Shown piece by piece: positions 38,738 through 48,447 of a DNA stretch of 58,900 nucleotides; positions within the stretch are counted from its first letter, which is position 1, and each line of letters begins with the position of its first letter. A program made the translations under genes and the position numbers. Below the pieces are notes generated by a model. It worked only from the letters and a program-made list of their open reading frames with translations. It was not told where the DNA came from and ran no database searches. Source of the DNA: Fidelibacterota bacterium (GTDB lineage: Bacteria > Fidelibacterota > UBA2242); assembly GCA_049975265.1 (NCBI GenBank), contig JBNGDF010000014.1:5507-64406 (forward strand). The letters run 5' to 3'.

Positions 38738-39451
38738 TTAGATTGGAGCCGCAGCGGTCAAACCGCGGACCGAAGCGATGCCCGTAGCTTTCAGCACTGC
38801 GGCTGCCGCCCCGATCGTCGCACCGGTTGTAAAAACGTCATCAACCAAAAGAACGCTGTCAAACTGCTTACAAACCTCTTTCCCCGATACCGCAAATGCC
38901 CCCTTCATATTTTCCACTCTTTCCTGCGCATTGAGATGAGTCTGAGTCACGGTATTTCTAACTCTCCGTAAACAGTCTTCATGAATTCGCATTCCCGTTT
39001 TTGCGGCGATTCCCCGGGCTATCAGCATAGACTGATTATAGCCGCGCTCCCGCAACTTGACAGGATGCAGGGGTATGGGAATCAAGATCGTTTCACTGCT
39101 ATAAAAATCTGCAGGAATAAATTCACTCATCAGCTGCCCGATCTGGATGCCCAGCGACCGGTAGCCGCGATACTTCAGCCCGTGGATAATTTTCTGGAAC
39201 GCATCATCAAATTCAAATACCGGATAAACAGCATCTAAAAAACCGTTAGCGGTTTGCTTGGAGTGAATTGTATCCATTGAAAGAGGTCGCAGGCTGTGCC
39301 AGCATTCCGGACATACCGGATTATCTTCGGAATCGATCCGCCGTTCGCAGAGAAGGCAGGTCCGGGGAAACAGCAGTGATATCAATCCCCGCCAGCATTC
39401 CGTAAAAACGGACCAACCATTCTTCTTACCTGCAGGTTCGTATCCTATCAA
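38738..39451 (-). CDS. ComF family double zinc ribbon/phosphoribosyltransferase protein
   Basis: CLLC...CPEC, PIPLH...RERGYNQS, LLVDDVFTTGAT. Confidence 0.92.
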   Translation of the reverse strand: MIGYEPAGKKNGWSVFTECWRGLISLLFPRTCLLCERRIDSEDNPVCPECWHSLRPLSMDTIHSKQTANGFLDAVYPVFEFDDAFQKIIHGLKYRGYRSLGIQIGQLMSEFIPADFYSSETILIPIPLHPVKLRERGYNQSMLIARGIAAKTGMRIHEDCLRRVRNTVTQTHLNAQERVENMKGAFAVSGKEVCKQFDSVLLVDDVFTTGATIGAAAAVLKATGIASVRGLTAAAPI

Positions 39452-39498
39452 CAGGACAACTCCGTTTGCTGTCGGCGGTAAATTCGGTTCAGCTGATT

Positions 39499-40869
39499 TT
39501 AATAAAAACCGCTTGGACTGGAGTCGCTCATCGGTCGAATCCAGCGTTCCCAGCTCTCATCCTGCAGCTCGTTGCGCGCTGTGGAATGCACCAATTCCAT
39601 CAGACCGAAACCGGATTTATCAACAAAGACAAAATAGACACCACCCTCGATTTCGTAATAATGCCAGATCTGGTAGGGCTTCGTTTCCAGTGAGCTGGGG
39701 AATCGTTCAATCTCCGACGGTTCACCATAAATCAGGAATATTCTACCCATATCGGTCTGCCAGCCTTCCCGCTGGTTTGTACGAAATTGCTCATTGACAT
39801 AATTCAATCGGCTCTGATAAGACTCCTGGGCTTCGTTGACCTCGGTGGATGGGTCGGGATCGCGACCTTTCCAGAAATTTAATATTATATTGCGTTTACC
39901 GTCAATATTCGCTTTGCGGTATGACCGGCGCTCCTTATCGGTGGCATAGTATTTCAACGGATTGAACATTTCATCCAGCTGCTTCTCGGACATACCGGCG
40001 AGATTGATCTCTGCCAGCGTCTCCTGGAATAATTTATCCTGGTCGTTCTTCGCCACATAAAAGCGCTTCCTGCCCATAGCAGTCGTTTCACTGTTATCCT
40101 CTTTTACTTCGGCTTTAAAGTTGTACAGACCGGATTTCAGCGCGCTGATATTGATTCCTTTAATCTCCACCGCCGATTTCCCCGGCTTCGTCTTTTCCAG
40201 CCAGCCATCCTGTATCAGCACCTCTCCATTTAGATCCGTGATGGTGTAGCGAACCTGATATGACGAACTTTCCGGGGATTTTTCAGTCAGATTATAGACT
40301 TCACAAAAGACGTACAACATGGGATTCTGGTCGCCGTAAATGTTGCTGGCATTGGGAATAATATCGTAGTTGAAATATTTACTGAATTTGTTTTTTTCAC
40401 CGGTGTGCATAATCTGGCTGCTCAACTGGATATCGCTCAGATCCAACTGATCGAAGGAGAAATCCCGGGCATTGACCTCCATCTCTTCGCGATAGGTTTT
40501 CTGTGAATTGAGATCCATCACAACAGCAATAATCTGGTATTCACCCTTGGGAACCGTCAACGTCGTGATATCCGGAATTTTCTGGGTGCTGCTGATCTGA
40601 GCCGGGTCTTTTACCCGGTCGGTGAAGCTCCATTCTTTCAACTGCCGGACAGAGTCGTCGGACACCAGGGCAACCCGGACAAATACATTGGAGCGATAGC
40701 CATCTTCTGCCGGAGTAAATTCAAACAGATTTCTTGGGATCATCAGATAGACCTCGACGACGTCATTCTCCTGATCGCCCCGAAATACCGCATGATCCAG
40801 ATCAAAGACGCCCGCCAGCGTCATCATCGGTAAAAGAAATGCCAATAAGGTAAGTGTAAATTCTTTCAT
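39499..40869 (-). CDS. GWxTD domain-containing secreted protein
   Basis: Signal peptide; FWKGRDPDPST..NE, GWQTDMGRIFLIYGEP, PYQIWHY. Confidence 0.88.
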   Translation of the reverse strand: MKEFTLTLLAFLLPMMTLAGVFDLDHAVFRGDQENDVVEVYLMIPRNLFEFTPAEDGYRSNVFVRVALVSDDSVRQLKEWSFTDRVKDPAQISSTQKIPDITTLTVPKGEYQIIAVVMDLNSQKTYREEMEVNARDFSFDQLDLSDIQLSSQIMHTGEKNKFSKYFNYDIIPNASNIYGDQNPMLYVFCEVYNLTEKSPESSSYQVRYTITDLNGEVLIQDGWLEKTKPGKSAVEIKGINISALKSGLYNFKAEVKEDNSETTAMGRKRFYVAKNDQDKLFQETLAEINLAGMSEKQLDEMFNPLKYYATDKERRSYRKANIDGKRNIILNFWKGRDPDPSTEVNEAQESYQSRLNYVNEQFRTNQREGWQTDMGRIFLIYGEPSEIERFPSSLETKPYQIWHYYEIEGGVYFVFVDKSGFGLMELVHSTARNELQDESWERWIRPMSDSSPSGFY

Positions 40870-40871
40870 AA

Positions 40872-43800
40872 TCACTCCAATTTAACGGATACAATCTGAG
40901 AAATCCCGCTCTCAGCCATAGTGATACCGTAGAGTGAATCCGCAATGCTCATTGTCGATTTGTTGTGGGTCACGATAATAAATTGGGTCTTCTCGGCAAA
41001 CGTCCGAATAACATTTGTGAAACGGCGGGTATTTTCATCGTCCAATGGAGCATCCACCTCATCAAGGATGCAGAAAGGGCTGGGTTTGACCTGATAAATT
41101 CCAAAGAGCAGTGCAATGGCAGTCAATGCCTTCTCTCCGGCTGAGAGCATTTTCAAAGAGCGCATCTTTTTACCGCTGGGACAAGCCCAAATCTCAATCT
41201 GGGCTTCCAGCGGATCGCTGTCTCCGATCAGTTTCAGATCTGCTTCGCCACCATCGAAAAATATGGAAAAGGTGGTTTTGAAATTCTGGCAAATTTTATT
41301 AAATATTTCGCTGAATTGCTCCCGGGCAACATTATCAATCTGCGTAATCACATCATTTAAACCCTTCTCGGATTTGATCAGATCGTCTCTCTGCTCAGTC
41401 AAAAACTCAAGGCGTGAATTTTCCTCTTCATATTCCTCTTTGACCGTCATATTGACCATCCCGATCAACTCCAGATTACGTTTCAGGCGCTCCACTTTTT
41501 TCAGGAGCTCATCCTTTTCCGGTAAATCTTCTGGCGGTTCAGCCGGGATTTCCCGCTTATATTTTTCCATCAGTACCGTTTTAATTTCGTTGATAGCGGC
41601 TTTGTATTCCGACCGATCCAGTTCCAACTTACTAATTGAATCGGACAAAAGTTCCTTTTCATGCCGGAGTTTCAGCAGGGATTCATTCAGCCGTTGAATC
41701 TCGAGGCGATTCGTCTGAAAGGATTGTCGGAAAGATTCAATATCTTCCTCGGCAGCCGTCATGCGGTTCCGCGCCTGGTCCAGCTGCTGCCGGTTCGCTT
41801 CGATCTTTCCAGCAATATCCGCAGCCTCACGTTCCGTTTTTTCGAGCTCTGTCAGCGCCCGGTCGCGGCTCTCCAGGGTACGCTGGATACTGCGCCGGGT
41901 AATCTCTTGATTATCGCAAATATTCCGAAACCGATTCTCCAGGTTAATCAACTCAATCCGTCGGTTTTGCCGCTCGGCAATCAGTCGATCGAGTTCACTC
42001 TTCACGGTAGCCGCTTTTTCCTTTTGGACATTGATCTTTTGCTCAAGCGCAGCGATCTGCTCATCTATGTCGGTTTTGCCGGGGTCTTCTCTCTGCATCC
42101 GCTCCCGGAAATTTTCAATCAACACCTCCAGAGCGACTCGGTTTTCCTCCAATGTTTTTTGAATATTGCTCGATTCGGTCAGTTGCGCTTCTTCCTTATT
42201 CAGCCGGGCGTTCAAATCGTATAAATGCTGTTCGCCATCTTTAATCGCCTGCGCGGTACTCTCTTTCTGATCCCCGACACTTTTCAGATCCTGCCGGAGG
42301 GAATCAAGTTGTGCTGCGACGGCGCGGAGCTGGCTGCTCAAATTATCCGCCTCGGATTCCAGTTGGTGCAATCTCTCCGACCGTCCGACCAGGATGTTGG
42401 ACTCTCCCGTCTGAGAACCGCCGGTGAGAATGCCGTCGGCATCCCGGAAGCGTCCCCGGTCCGATACAATCGGAACACCATCCAGGTCTGGATTCTGAAT
42501 GAGCCGATGGAAATCGGCGTCCTTGCAGCAGTAGATTCCATTAAACAGAAATTCCTTTAGATTTGAGAGTGACTGCTCACATTTGATATGAGCAGACAAG
42601 GGGCTCAAATCCCGGATAGTCGCACCTTGATCGCTGTGATATTGCCGGTCCAGCGGAATAATGGACACCCTGCCCTTTCCTTTGTCAGCCAGAATAGCCA
42701 GTGTGTTCAGTGCCGCTTCCCGGTTTTCGGCAACCAGCAGCCTGGAGATATCTTTCAACACGGCTTCGACAGCCAGATAGTGTTCCCGATCCACGGCTAA
42801 AAGGTCCGATAGCGCCCCCTTGATTCCGGGAAAATCCGTCAGATGATCCAAAACATATTGCAGCCCCGGGCTAAAGCCCTCTTTCGATTGGATAATCTCC
42901 TGATAAAACCGAATCTGGTTGGTGTAGCGGTCCAGACGTGATTCCAGGGCTCTATGCTCCTGCTGAAGCTCCTGCTCCTTCTGAAAATAATCGCCATAGC
43001 GCTGTTCCAGTTCGTCGCGATTATCCCGTTTTTGCTGCAAATCCAGCTCCAGAGCGTCAATCTGTTCACGGATGGACTGCAGTGAAGTACGAATCGTTTC
43101 CTCATTATTCTTTTGGGCTGAAATCTGTTCTTCGAGTGTGTGCAGCTCCTTTTCCCGTTGGTCAATATTTTCCTGTAAATTGCTGAAACGCATGCTGTTT
43201 TCGGTCTGTTTCTTGGAAAGCCCAAAACGTTCCTCCTGGAGCGCCTGAATTTCGGCATTGATTCCGGAGAACTGCTGCTCCACCGTTGTGCTATCAGACT
43301 CGATTGCCTTGAATGTCTCTCTTCTCTCATTCAAGAGCTGCTGGGTTGTGAGATACTGCTGTTCAAGGTCAATCTTCTTCTGATTGGCTGATTCCAGCGT
43401 ATTTTCTGCCTGCCGGATATCATTTTTCAGACGATTGACCGTCTGGTGGACATTGCGCAGTTGCTCTTTCAGCAGGAGTTCCTTAGTGGTGAATTGATTG
43501 TATTCTTCCCGGATTTCGGTAAGTTGCCGGTTTTTTTCTTCCAGAATTGTCTCCTGCTCTTCGAATTCGCTCTGCCGTTGCTGCCAGATGCTTTCCTTTT
43601 GTTTCAGTTGATGTATAGTGCCGGTCAAGCGGTCTTTTGCCTCGGCAATCCGCGTTTCCAGGGGACTTACTGAACTCTGGATATCTGCGACTTTTCGGGT
43701 AGCCAGCCGGACTTCTGTATCAATCAGATTCGCTGTTATTTCCTGATGCTTTTCATAGCGTCTCAGCTGCCGACGCAGGTTTTTGACTTTCGCGTCCACC

Positions 43801-44390
43801 TCACTGATGATGTCATTGAGGCGCACCAGGTCTTCCCGGGTCGCCTCCAGTTTGCGCAGCGCCGCTTTACGCTGCACGCGGTACTTATTGACACCGGCGG
43901 CTTCTTCGAACATCCGTTTGCGTTCTTCGGGATTCTCACTGAGAATGTCTTCGATCATTTTCAATTCGATGATAGAATAGGCGTTGGCGCCCATGCCGGT
44001 ATCGATGAACAGGTCGGTTATGTCTTTCAGACGACAGAGATTGTTGTTGATAAAATATTCGCCTTCACCGTTCCGGTATACCCGGCGGGTAATGACGATA
44101 TCGGCATAGGGTAATGTGATCCGACCGCTGACGTTATGAATGGTCAGTGAGACCTCTGCCAGATTCAGCGGGCGGCGGGTGACGGTGCCGTTGAAAATGA
44201 CATCGGTATTGCGGTCGGCGCGCAGAACGCTGGATTTTTGTTCTCCAATCACCCAGCGAATGGCGTCAACGATATTGGTTTTCCCGCAGCCGTTAGGTCC
44301 GACGATAGCGGTGATGCCTTTACCGAAGTAAATCTCCGATTTCTTTGAAAAGGACTTAAATCCGTAGAGGGATAATTTAGATATGTACAT
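40872..44390 (-). CDS. smc: Chromosome segregation protein SMC
   Basis: GFKSF, VGPNGCGKTN Walker A, long coiled coils, hinge G-X6-G-X3-GG (GRFRDADGILTGG), LDEVDAPLD, IIVTH. Confidence 0.97.
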   Translation of the reverse strand: MYISKLSLYGFKSFSKKSEIYFGKGITAIVGPNGCGKTNIVDAIRWVIGEQKSSVLRADRNTDVIFNGTVTRRPLNLAEVSLTIHNVSGRITLPYADIVITRRVYRNGEGEYFINNNLCRLKDITDLFIDTGMGANAYSIIELKMIEDILSENPEERKRMFEEAAGVNKYRVQRKAALRKLEATREDLVRLNDIISEVDAKVKNLRRQLRRYEKHQEITANLIDTEVRLATRKVADIQSSVSPLETRIAEAKDRLTGTIHQLKQKESIWQQRQSEFEEQETILEEKNRQLTEIREEYNQFTTKELLLKEQLRNVHQTVNRLKNDIRQAENTLESANQKKIDLEQQYLTTQQLLNERRETFKAIESDSTTVEQQFSGINAEIQALQEERFGLSKKQTENSMRFSNLQENIDQREKELHTLEEQISAQKNNEETIRTSLQSIREQIDALELDLQQKRDNRDELEQRYGDYFQKEQELQQEHRALESRLDRYTNQIRFYQEIIQSKEGFSPGLQYVLDHLTDFPGIKGALSDLLAVDREHYLAVEAVLKDISRLLVAENREAALNTLAILADKGKGRVSIIPLDRQYHSDQGATIRDLSPLSAHIKCEQSLSNLKEFLFNGIYCCKDADFHRLIQNPDLDGVPIVSDRGRFRDADGILTGGSQTGESNILVGRSERLHQLESEADNLSSQLRAVAAQLDSLRQDLKSVGDQKESTAQAIKDGEQHLYDLNARLNKEEAQLTESSNIQKTLEENRVALEVLIENFRERMQREDPGKTDIDEQIAALEQKINVQKEKAATVKSELDRLIAERQNRRIELINLENRFRNICDNQEITRRSIQRTLESRDRALTELEKTEREAADIAGKIEANRQQLDQARNRMTAAEEDIESFRQSFQTNRLEIQRLNESLLKLRHEKELLSDSISKLELDRSEYKAAINEIKTVLMEKYKREIPAEPPEDLPEKDELLKKVERLKRNLELIGMVNMTVKEEYEEENSRLEFLTEQRDDLIKSEKGLNDVITQIDNVAREQFSEIFNKICQNFKTTFSIFFDGGEADLKLIGDSDPLEAQIEIWACPSGKKMRSLKMLSAGEKALTAIALLFGIYQVKPSPFCILDEVDAPLDDENTRRFTNVIRTFAEKTQFIIVTHNKSTMSIADSLYGITMAESGISQIVSVKLE

Positions 44391-44430
44391 TCGTCATTTT
44401 TCTGAAAACCTGCTCCCCGTGAGCAGGATA

Positions 44431-44459
44431 AATATATTCAATTCACCGGAAAATGGCAT
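44431..44459 (-). promoter_or_regulatory. Putative sigma70 promoter for smc
   Basis: ATGCCA-17 nt-TATATT. Confidence 0.45.
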
Positions 44460-44513
44460 GTATTTCTTTTCGACGGTGAAATAAATCCGGCGGTATGGTC
44501 AGCATCATCTCTT

Positions 44514-44861
44514 CTATCCCGGCGGCCAGTTCATCTGGCGACCGCCCAGAAGATGCAAATGAATATGTTCAACCTCCTGCCCCCCGTCGGAACCGCAATT
44601 AAAAACCAGCCGATAACCGTTTTCAGACAGTGTCTCCTCCTTTGCAATCTGAATGGCGGTCAGCACCATTTTCCCCGCCAGCAGGCGGTCTGCCTCCTGC
44701 AGCTGACTGATGCGCCCGATATGTTTTTTCGGAACCACCAGAATATGCACCGGCGCCTGGGGATTGATATCGCGAAAAGCAACCAGCTCCTCATCCTCAT
44801 AAACCATTGGCGTCCCCAACTCACCGGCGGCAATTTTACAAAAAATACAATCGCTGTGCAT
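44514..44861 (-). CDS. Histidine triad (HIT/HinT) nucleotide-binding protein
   Basis: DCIFCKI, FRDINPQAPVHILVVPK, HIHLHLLGGR, WPPG. Confidence 0.95.
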   Translation of the reverse strand: MHSDCIFCKIAAGELGTPMVYEDEELVAFRDINPQAPVHILVVPKKHIGRISQLQEADRLLAGKMVLTAIQIAKEETLSENGYRLVFNCGSDGGQEVEHIHLHLLGGRQMNWPPG

Positions 44862-44875
44862 TGACTCTCCTCTCG

Positions 44876-45589
44876 TTAGCTGATTAGCGCACATACGGTA
44901 GCAACTGCGGCGACGGCAGCCAGCTCCGTTCGCAGGCGATAGGCATGCAGCCGTACCGGAACAAATCCGGTATTCTCCGCCAATCCCGTCTCTTCATCGG
45001 AAAAGCCGCCTTCCGGTCCCACCAAAACGATTACCGGCGAACCCGATTCTCGTGTTATTACATCACCGATGGGCTGCGTTCCGCGCATGTCCGCCAGCAG
45101 TTTACGCGACGCCGGCGGTATCTCCGCCAGCCATTCCGGCAACGACCGGACATTTTCAATTTTCGGCAGATAAAAATTGCCACTCTGTTTGATCGATTCA
45201 ACCGCGATTTTCCTGGCTCTTTCCGTATTCATCGCCTGCTTTACGGAATATTGAGTATTCAGGGGGACAATCTCGGTCACACCCAGCGCCGCCATATCGC
45301 GAATGATGGATTCCAGCGCCCGGTTTTTCACAAGACCAAACGCCAGCGAAATGGTAGCCGGAAGAGACTTTTCACGCTGTTGCCGGGAGCGGATCCTGCA
45401 AACACAACTTTTTTTCCCAATGGACTGAACCACCGATTGATAGATCTGCCCGGCGCCGTCCAGAAGGGCAATCGTGTCTCCCACCCGCTTTCTCAGTACC
45501 TGGACACAATGATGGAAATCATCACCCGTCAGCTCCGCAAGATTATCCTTAATCCGATCGGGCGAGACAAAAAAGAAATATTGATGCAT
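44876..45589 (-). CDS. rsmE: 16S rRNA m3U1498 methyltransferase
   Basis: HCVQVLR, ESIKQS, LVGPEGGFS, LRTELA. Confidence 0.92.
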   Translation of the reverse strand: MHQYFFFVSPDRIKDNLAELTGDDFHHCVQVLRKRVGDTIALLDGAGQIYQSVVQSIGKKSCVCRIRSRQQREKSLPATISLAFGLVKNRALESIIRDMAALGVTEIVPLNTQYSVKQAMNTERARKIAVESIKQSGNFYLPKIENVRSLPEWLAEIPPASRKLLADMRGTQPIGDVITRESGSPVIVLVGPEGGFSDEETGLAENTGFVPVRLHAYRLRTELAAVAAVATVCALIS

Positions 45590-46278
45590 TAAAACTTTTT
45601 CCCGAAACTAATCCTTATTACGATGCCGCTGAAATCACGTTTGCCGGTATAAAACAGGTCATGCAACTCATCCGGCGGTAACTCATCGGGAATATCGATT
45701 TTGTTCGGGAAACTTAAATATTCATAGCCTGCATACAGGGAAACCAGCGATTTGGGAGCTGTCAGAAAATCCACTCCGGCGCCGATATGGACGGCACCAT
45801 TCCAATGGTAATCAATGTTTTTCATGCGCTCGGACCAGTCGGCAATATTGGGTGGATCAATCGCCAGCAGCGGTCCGGCATTTACAAATAGAAACGGTCG
45901 AAAATTATTCGCCAGCTGATCGGTAAACAGCAGGCGTTTATAGCCCGCCTGCAGCGTTAAAAAGTTCAACCGCGTCTTGTCGTAGCGTTCGTAGTAATAG
46001 GGCGTGCCGTAGTAAGAATAGGAGTAGTAGTCGTATATGGGATAATCGTTATCGCCGCGCACGATAATAAAGTCCAGACTGGCGATCAGATGATTGGCGG
46101 AATTAAGCGAAAATTCATAAAATCCGCCGACACCCCCACCGTTATTGGTCTGAACATACGCCAGCCCCCCGTAATGAGCATCCGGATCGTCAATTCCGTA
46201 TTTTCGCTGGGAAAATGCCAACTGCCCCAGTATGAGGATAGCGGCGATTAGTTGAATTTGGGTCTGAAAACGGCGCAT
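45589..46278 (-). CDS. Hypothetical secreted protein, probable small outer-membrane beta-barrel
   Basis: Signal peptide, alternating beta-strand pattern, C-terminal Phe (IRISFGKKF). Confidence 0.65.
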   Translation of the reverse strand: MRRFQTQIQLIAAILILGQLAFSQRKYGIDDPDAHYGGLAYVQTNNGGGVGGFYEFSLNSANHLIASLDFIIVRGDNDYPIYDYYSYSYYGTPYYYERYDKTRLNFLTLQAGYKRLLFTDQLANNFRPFLFVNAGPLLAIDPPNIADWSERMKNIDYHWNGAVHIGAGVDFLTAPKSLVSLYAGYEYLSFPNKIDIPDELPPDELHDLFYTGKRDFSGIVIRISFGKKF

Positions 46279-46301
46279 TTTTAATTCATTATTACCGATA
46301 A

Positions 46302-46404
46302 AAAATAACCAATTCGCTGATAGAATGCAAAGCTGTTTTACGGAACGAATCGGGAATTGTTTCCGGTCGCCGGACCTTGCAATTTGATGGAATTACCGTA
46401 AATT
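46302..46404. promoter_or_regulatory. Divergent putative sigma70 promoters
   Basis: Minus strand TTGCAT-17-TATTTT (46330-46302); plus strand TTGCAA-16-TAAATT (46377-46404). Confidence 0.5.
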
Positions 46405-46431
46405 TGGAGCGGTATTTAGAAAAAGGAATTT

Positions 46432-47508
46432 ATGCAAGAGACTGTCTATCTGCTTCGTTTTCAGCATCAGGACCCGATTGAACAGACGAAAAACCGGCTT
46501 AAGAAGCTGTTCAGATTTGCCGGATTCGATACAATTATCGGGAAATATGACATTACCGCCGTGAAGGTTCATTTTGGCGAGCCGGGCAATACCACTTATA
46601 TCCCTTCTCACTATGTAGAACCAATCGTCCGCATGATCCATAGTTGCGGCGCCAAAGCCTTTGTCACCGACACCAACGTTCTCTATAAAAGTCGGCGCGA
46701 TAACGCCATCGACCATCTCGTTGTCGCAGCTGAACATGGATTTACCCTCGAAAAACTCGGCGCACCGGTCATAATCGCCGACGGCATACTGGGACGCAAC
46801 GCGATTGAGATCGAAATAGATGCACCGCTCAATAAAAAAATCCCGCTCGCCACCGAACTTGTGTCTGCCAACTCAGCGGTCGTCGTTACTCACGCGACCG
46901 GACATATGGGAACCGGTCTGGCTGCTACGATTAAAAACCTGGGTATGGGCATGTCCAGCCGCCGGGGTAAACTGACCCAGCATTCGGTCTCCAAACCGGT
47001 GATCAGTGAGACAAAGTGCACCGCCTGTGGCGTCTGTGCCGAATGGTGCCCGGTGGACGCAATTACCGTCGGTAATAAATATGCCGTGATCAACGAAACC
47101 GTCTGTATCGGTTGCGGAGAATGCCTGGCGGTCTGCCGCTTTAATGCTGTTAAATTCAAATGGGACAGCTCGTCGGAATTGCTGCAAAAACAGATCGCTG
47201 AGCACGCTTTGGGCATCGTCAACCAAAAAAAGGGTAAAATCGCCTACTTCACGTTCCTGATAACCATGACGAAAGACTGCGACTGCGGGGCTCAAAAACC
47301 GATTGCAATAATCGCGGATATCGGCGTTCTGGCTGGCACGGACCCGGTTGCCATCGACCAGGCAGTGTACGACCTCACCCGGGAGAAAGCGGGCAAGTCA
47401 CTTTCGCAGATGGCTTACCCGGAGCACGATGCAACCATTCAGATGGCTTACGGAGAGCAGATCGGATTGGGCAGCCGGAAGTATCGGTTAGTCGAAACCG
47501 ATTTCTGA
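46432..47508 (+). CDS. DUF362 domain Fe-S protein with a 2x[4Fe-4S] ferredoxin insert
   Basis: VKVHFGEPGN, TDTNVLY, IKNLGMG, CTACGVCAEWCP, CIGCGECLAVC, DCDC, DPVAIDQA. Confidence 0.9.
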   Translation: MQETVYLLRFQHQDPIEQTKNRLKKLFRFAGFDTIIGKYDITAVKVHFGEPGNTTYIPSHYVEPIVRMIHSCGAKAFVTDTNVLYKSRRDNAIDHLVVAAEHGFTLEKLGAPVIIADGILGRNAIEIEIDAPLNKKIPLATELVSANSAVVVTHATGHMGTGLAATIKNLGMGMSSRRGKLTQHSVSKPVISETKCTACGVCAEWCPVDAITVGNKYAVINETVCIGCGECLAVCRFNAVKFKWDSSSELLQKQIAEHALGIVNQKKGKIAYFTFLITMTKDCDCGAQKPIAIIADIGVLAGTDPVAIDQAVYDLTREKAGKSLSQMAYPEHDATIQMAYGEQIGLGSRKYRLVETDF

Positions 47509-47513
47509 CCGAA

Positions 47514-47546
47514 ATGAACTACCCCGACACAAACGTCGGAGAATTC
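47514..47546 (+). repeat. Degenerate IS200/IS605-end-like or REP-like hairpin
   Basis: ATGAACTACCCCGAC-ACAAAC-GTCGGAGAATT between convergent genes. Confidence 0.45.
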
Positions 47547-47569
47547 TTTAGAATAATTGGAACAACCAA

Positions 47570-48085
47570 CTATTTTTTCCTCAATAGCGGCAGCCACATC
47601 GGTACCTCCCGCATATATTGGCTATACTCCTCACCGAAACGTTGGAGAAGCAATTTTTCTTCATACCGGCACAAGTAATACAGAAAAATGATTGCGACAA
47701 TCCAGACCAGCACAGCCGCCAGGGAAATGCTGATAATGATCAGCCCCAGATAGAGAATAATTTCGCTGAAATACATGGGATGGCGGCAATACTGATAGGC
47801 ACCCCTGCGGATCACCACCGGTACTTTTCTGGTTTCCCCGAACACAATTGACAACGTCGTTATGGCAAGGTACGCCGACAGAATCAACAGCAGAATTCCC
47901 ACAGGCGCGCGGATGGAATTGGGGACGACATCGTTTAAAAAAGTTGTATAATTCAGACAGAATGTATCCGACAACCATACCAGCGCAAAAACAATTGCCA
48001 GAATCGCCTGTCCGGCATCACCGAAGGTATGTTCACCGGTCAAATCATCGCGCTGACGATACCCTTTTCTGTTTTTTTTCGACAT
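47570..48085 (-). CDS. Isoprenylcysteine carboxyl methyltransferase (ICMT/PEMT) family membrane protein
   Basis: GAYQYCRHPMY, EEKLLLQRFGEEYSQYMREVP. Start ATG 48085 coupled (TAATG) to the upstream gene. Confidence 0.88.
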   Translation of the reverse strand: MSKKNRKGYRQRDDLTGEHTFGDAGQAILAIVFALVWLSDTFCLNYTTFLNDVVPNSIRAPVGILLLILSAYLAITTLSIVFGETRKVPVVIRRGAYQYCRHPMYFSEIILYLGLIIISISLAAVLVWIVAIIFLYYLCRYEEKLLLQRFGEEYSQYMREVPMWLPLLRKK

Positions 48086-48438
48086 TATCTCTTTTGCATA
48101 AACAACCAATTCAGAAGAAAGAGAATCCCGACAATGATCAAGGGTCCCGAGATAAACAGAAATGCATAGATATTTTCTCTGCCCCACGCCATGACAATAT
48201 AGACAAGCCCCAGTCCAATAAAAACAATTCTCCCCCTTCTTTCCCATTTCCAGGCAAGGATCAGTGCAATAATGATTAGGTAGGTGGGAATCAGATGAAT
48301 CAGAAAACCCGCAACTGCTTTGAATACGGGTTCACCTTCGGAAAAGACATCCAGGGCGAACAGGCTGATAAACAGGGCAAACATAATACCCAAGATTCGG
48401 GGCGACCAGTAAAGCAACTGTTTGGTCGGAGTCAACAT
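48085..48438 (-). CDS. Hypothetical 4-TM membrane protein
   Basis: WSPRILGI..ALFISLFALDVF...LIHLIP; four hydrophobic helices. Confidence 0.8.
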   Translation of the reverse strand: MLTPTKQLLYWSPRILGIMFALFISLFALDVFSEGEPVFKAVAGFLIHLIPTYLIIIALILAWKWERRGRIVFIGLGLVYIVMAWGRENIYAFLFISGPLIIVGILFLLNWLFMQKR

Positions 48439-48447
48439 GTATTTTTT

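Noticed and set aside
47570..48247. 225-aa version of the ICMT-family ORF overlapping the upstream membrane gene by about 160 nt
   Set aside because: ATG 48085 in a TAATG coupling gives a more plausible start with only a 1-nt overlap.
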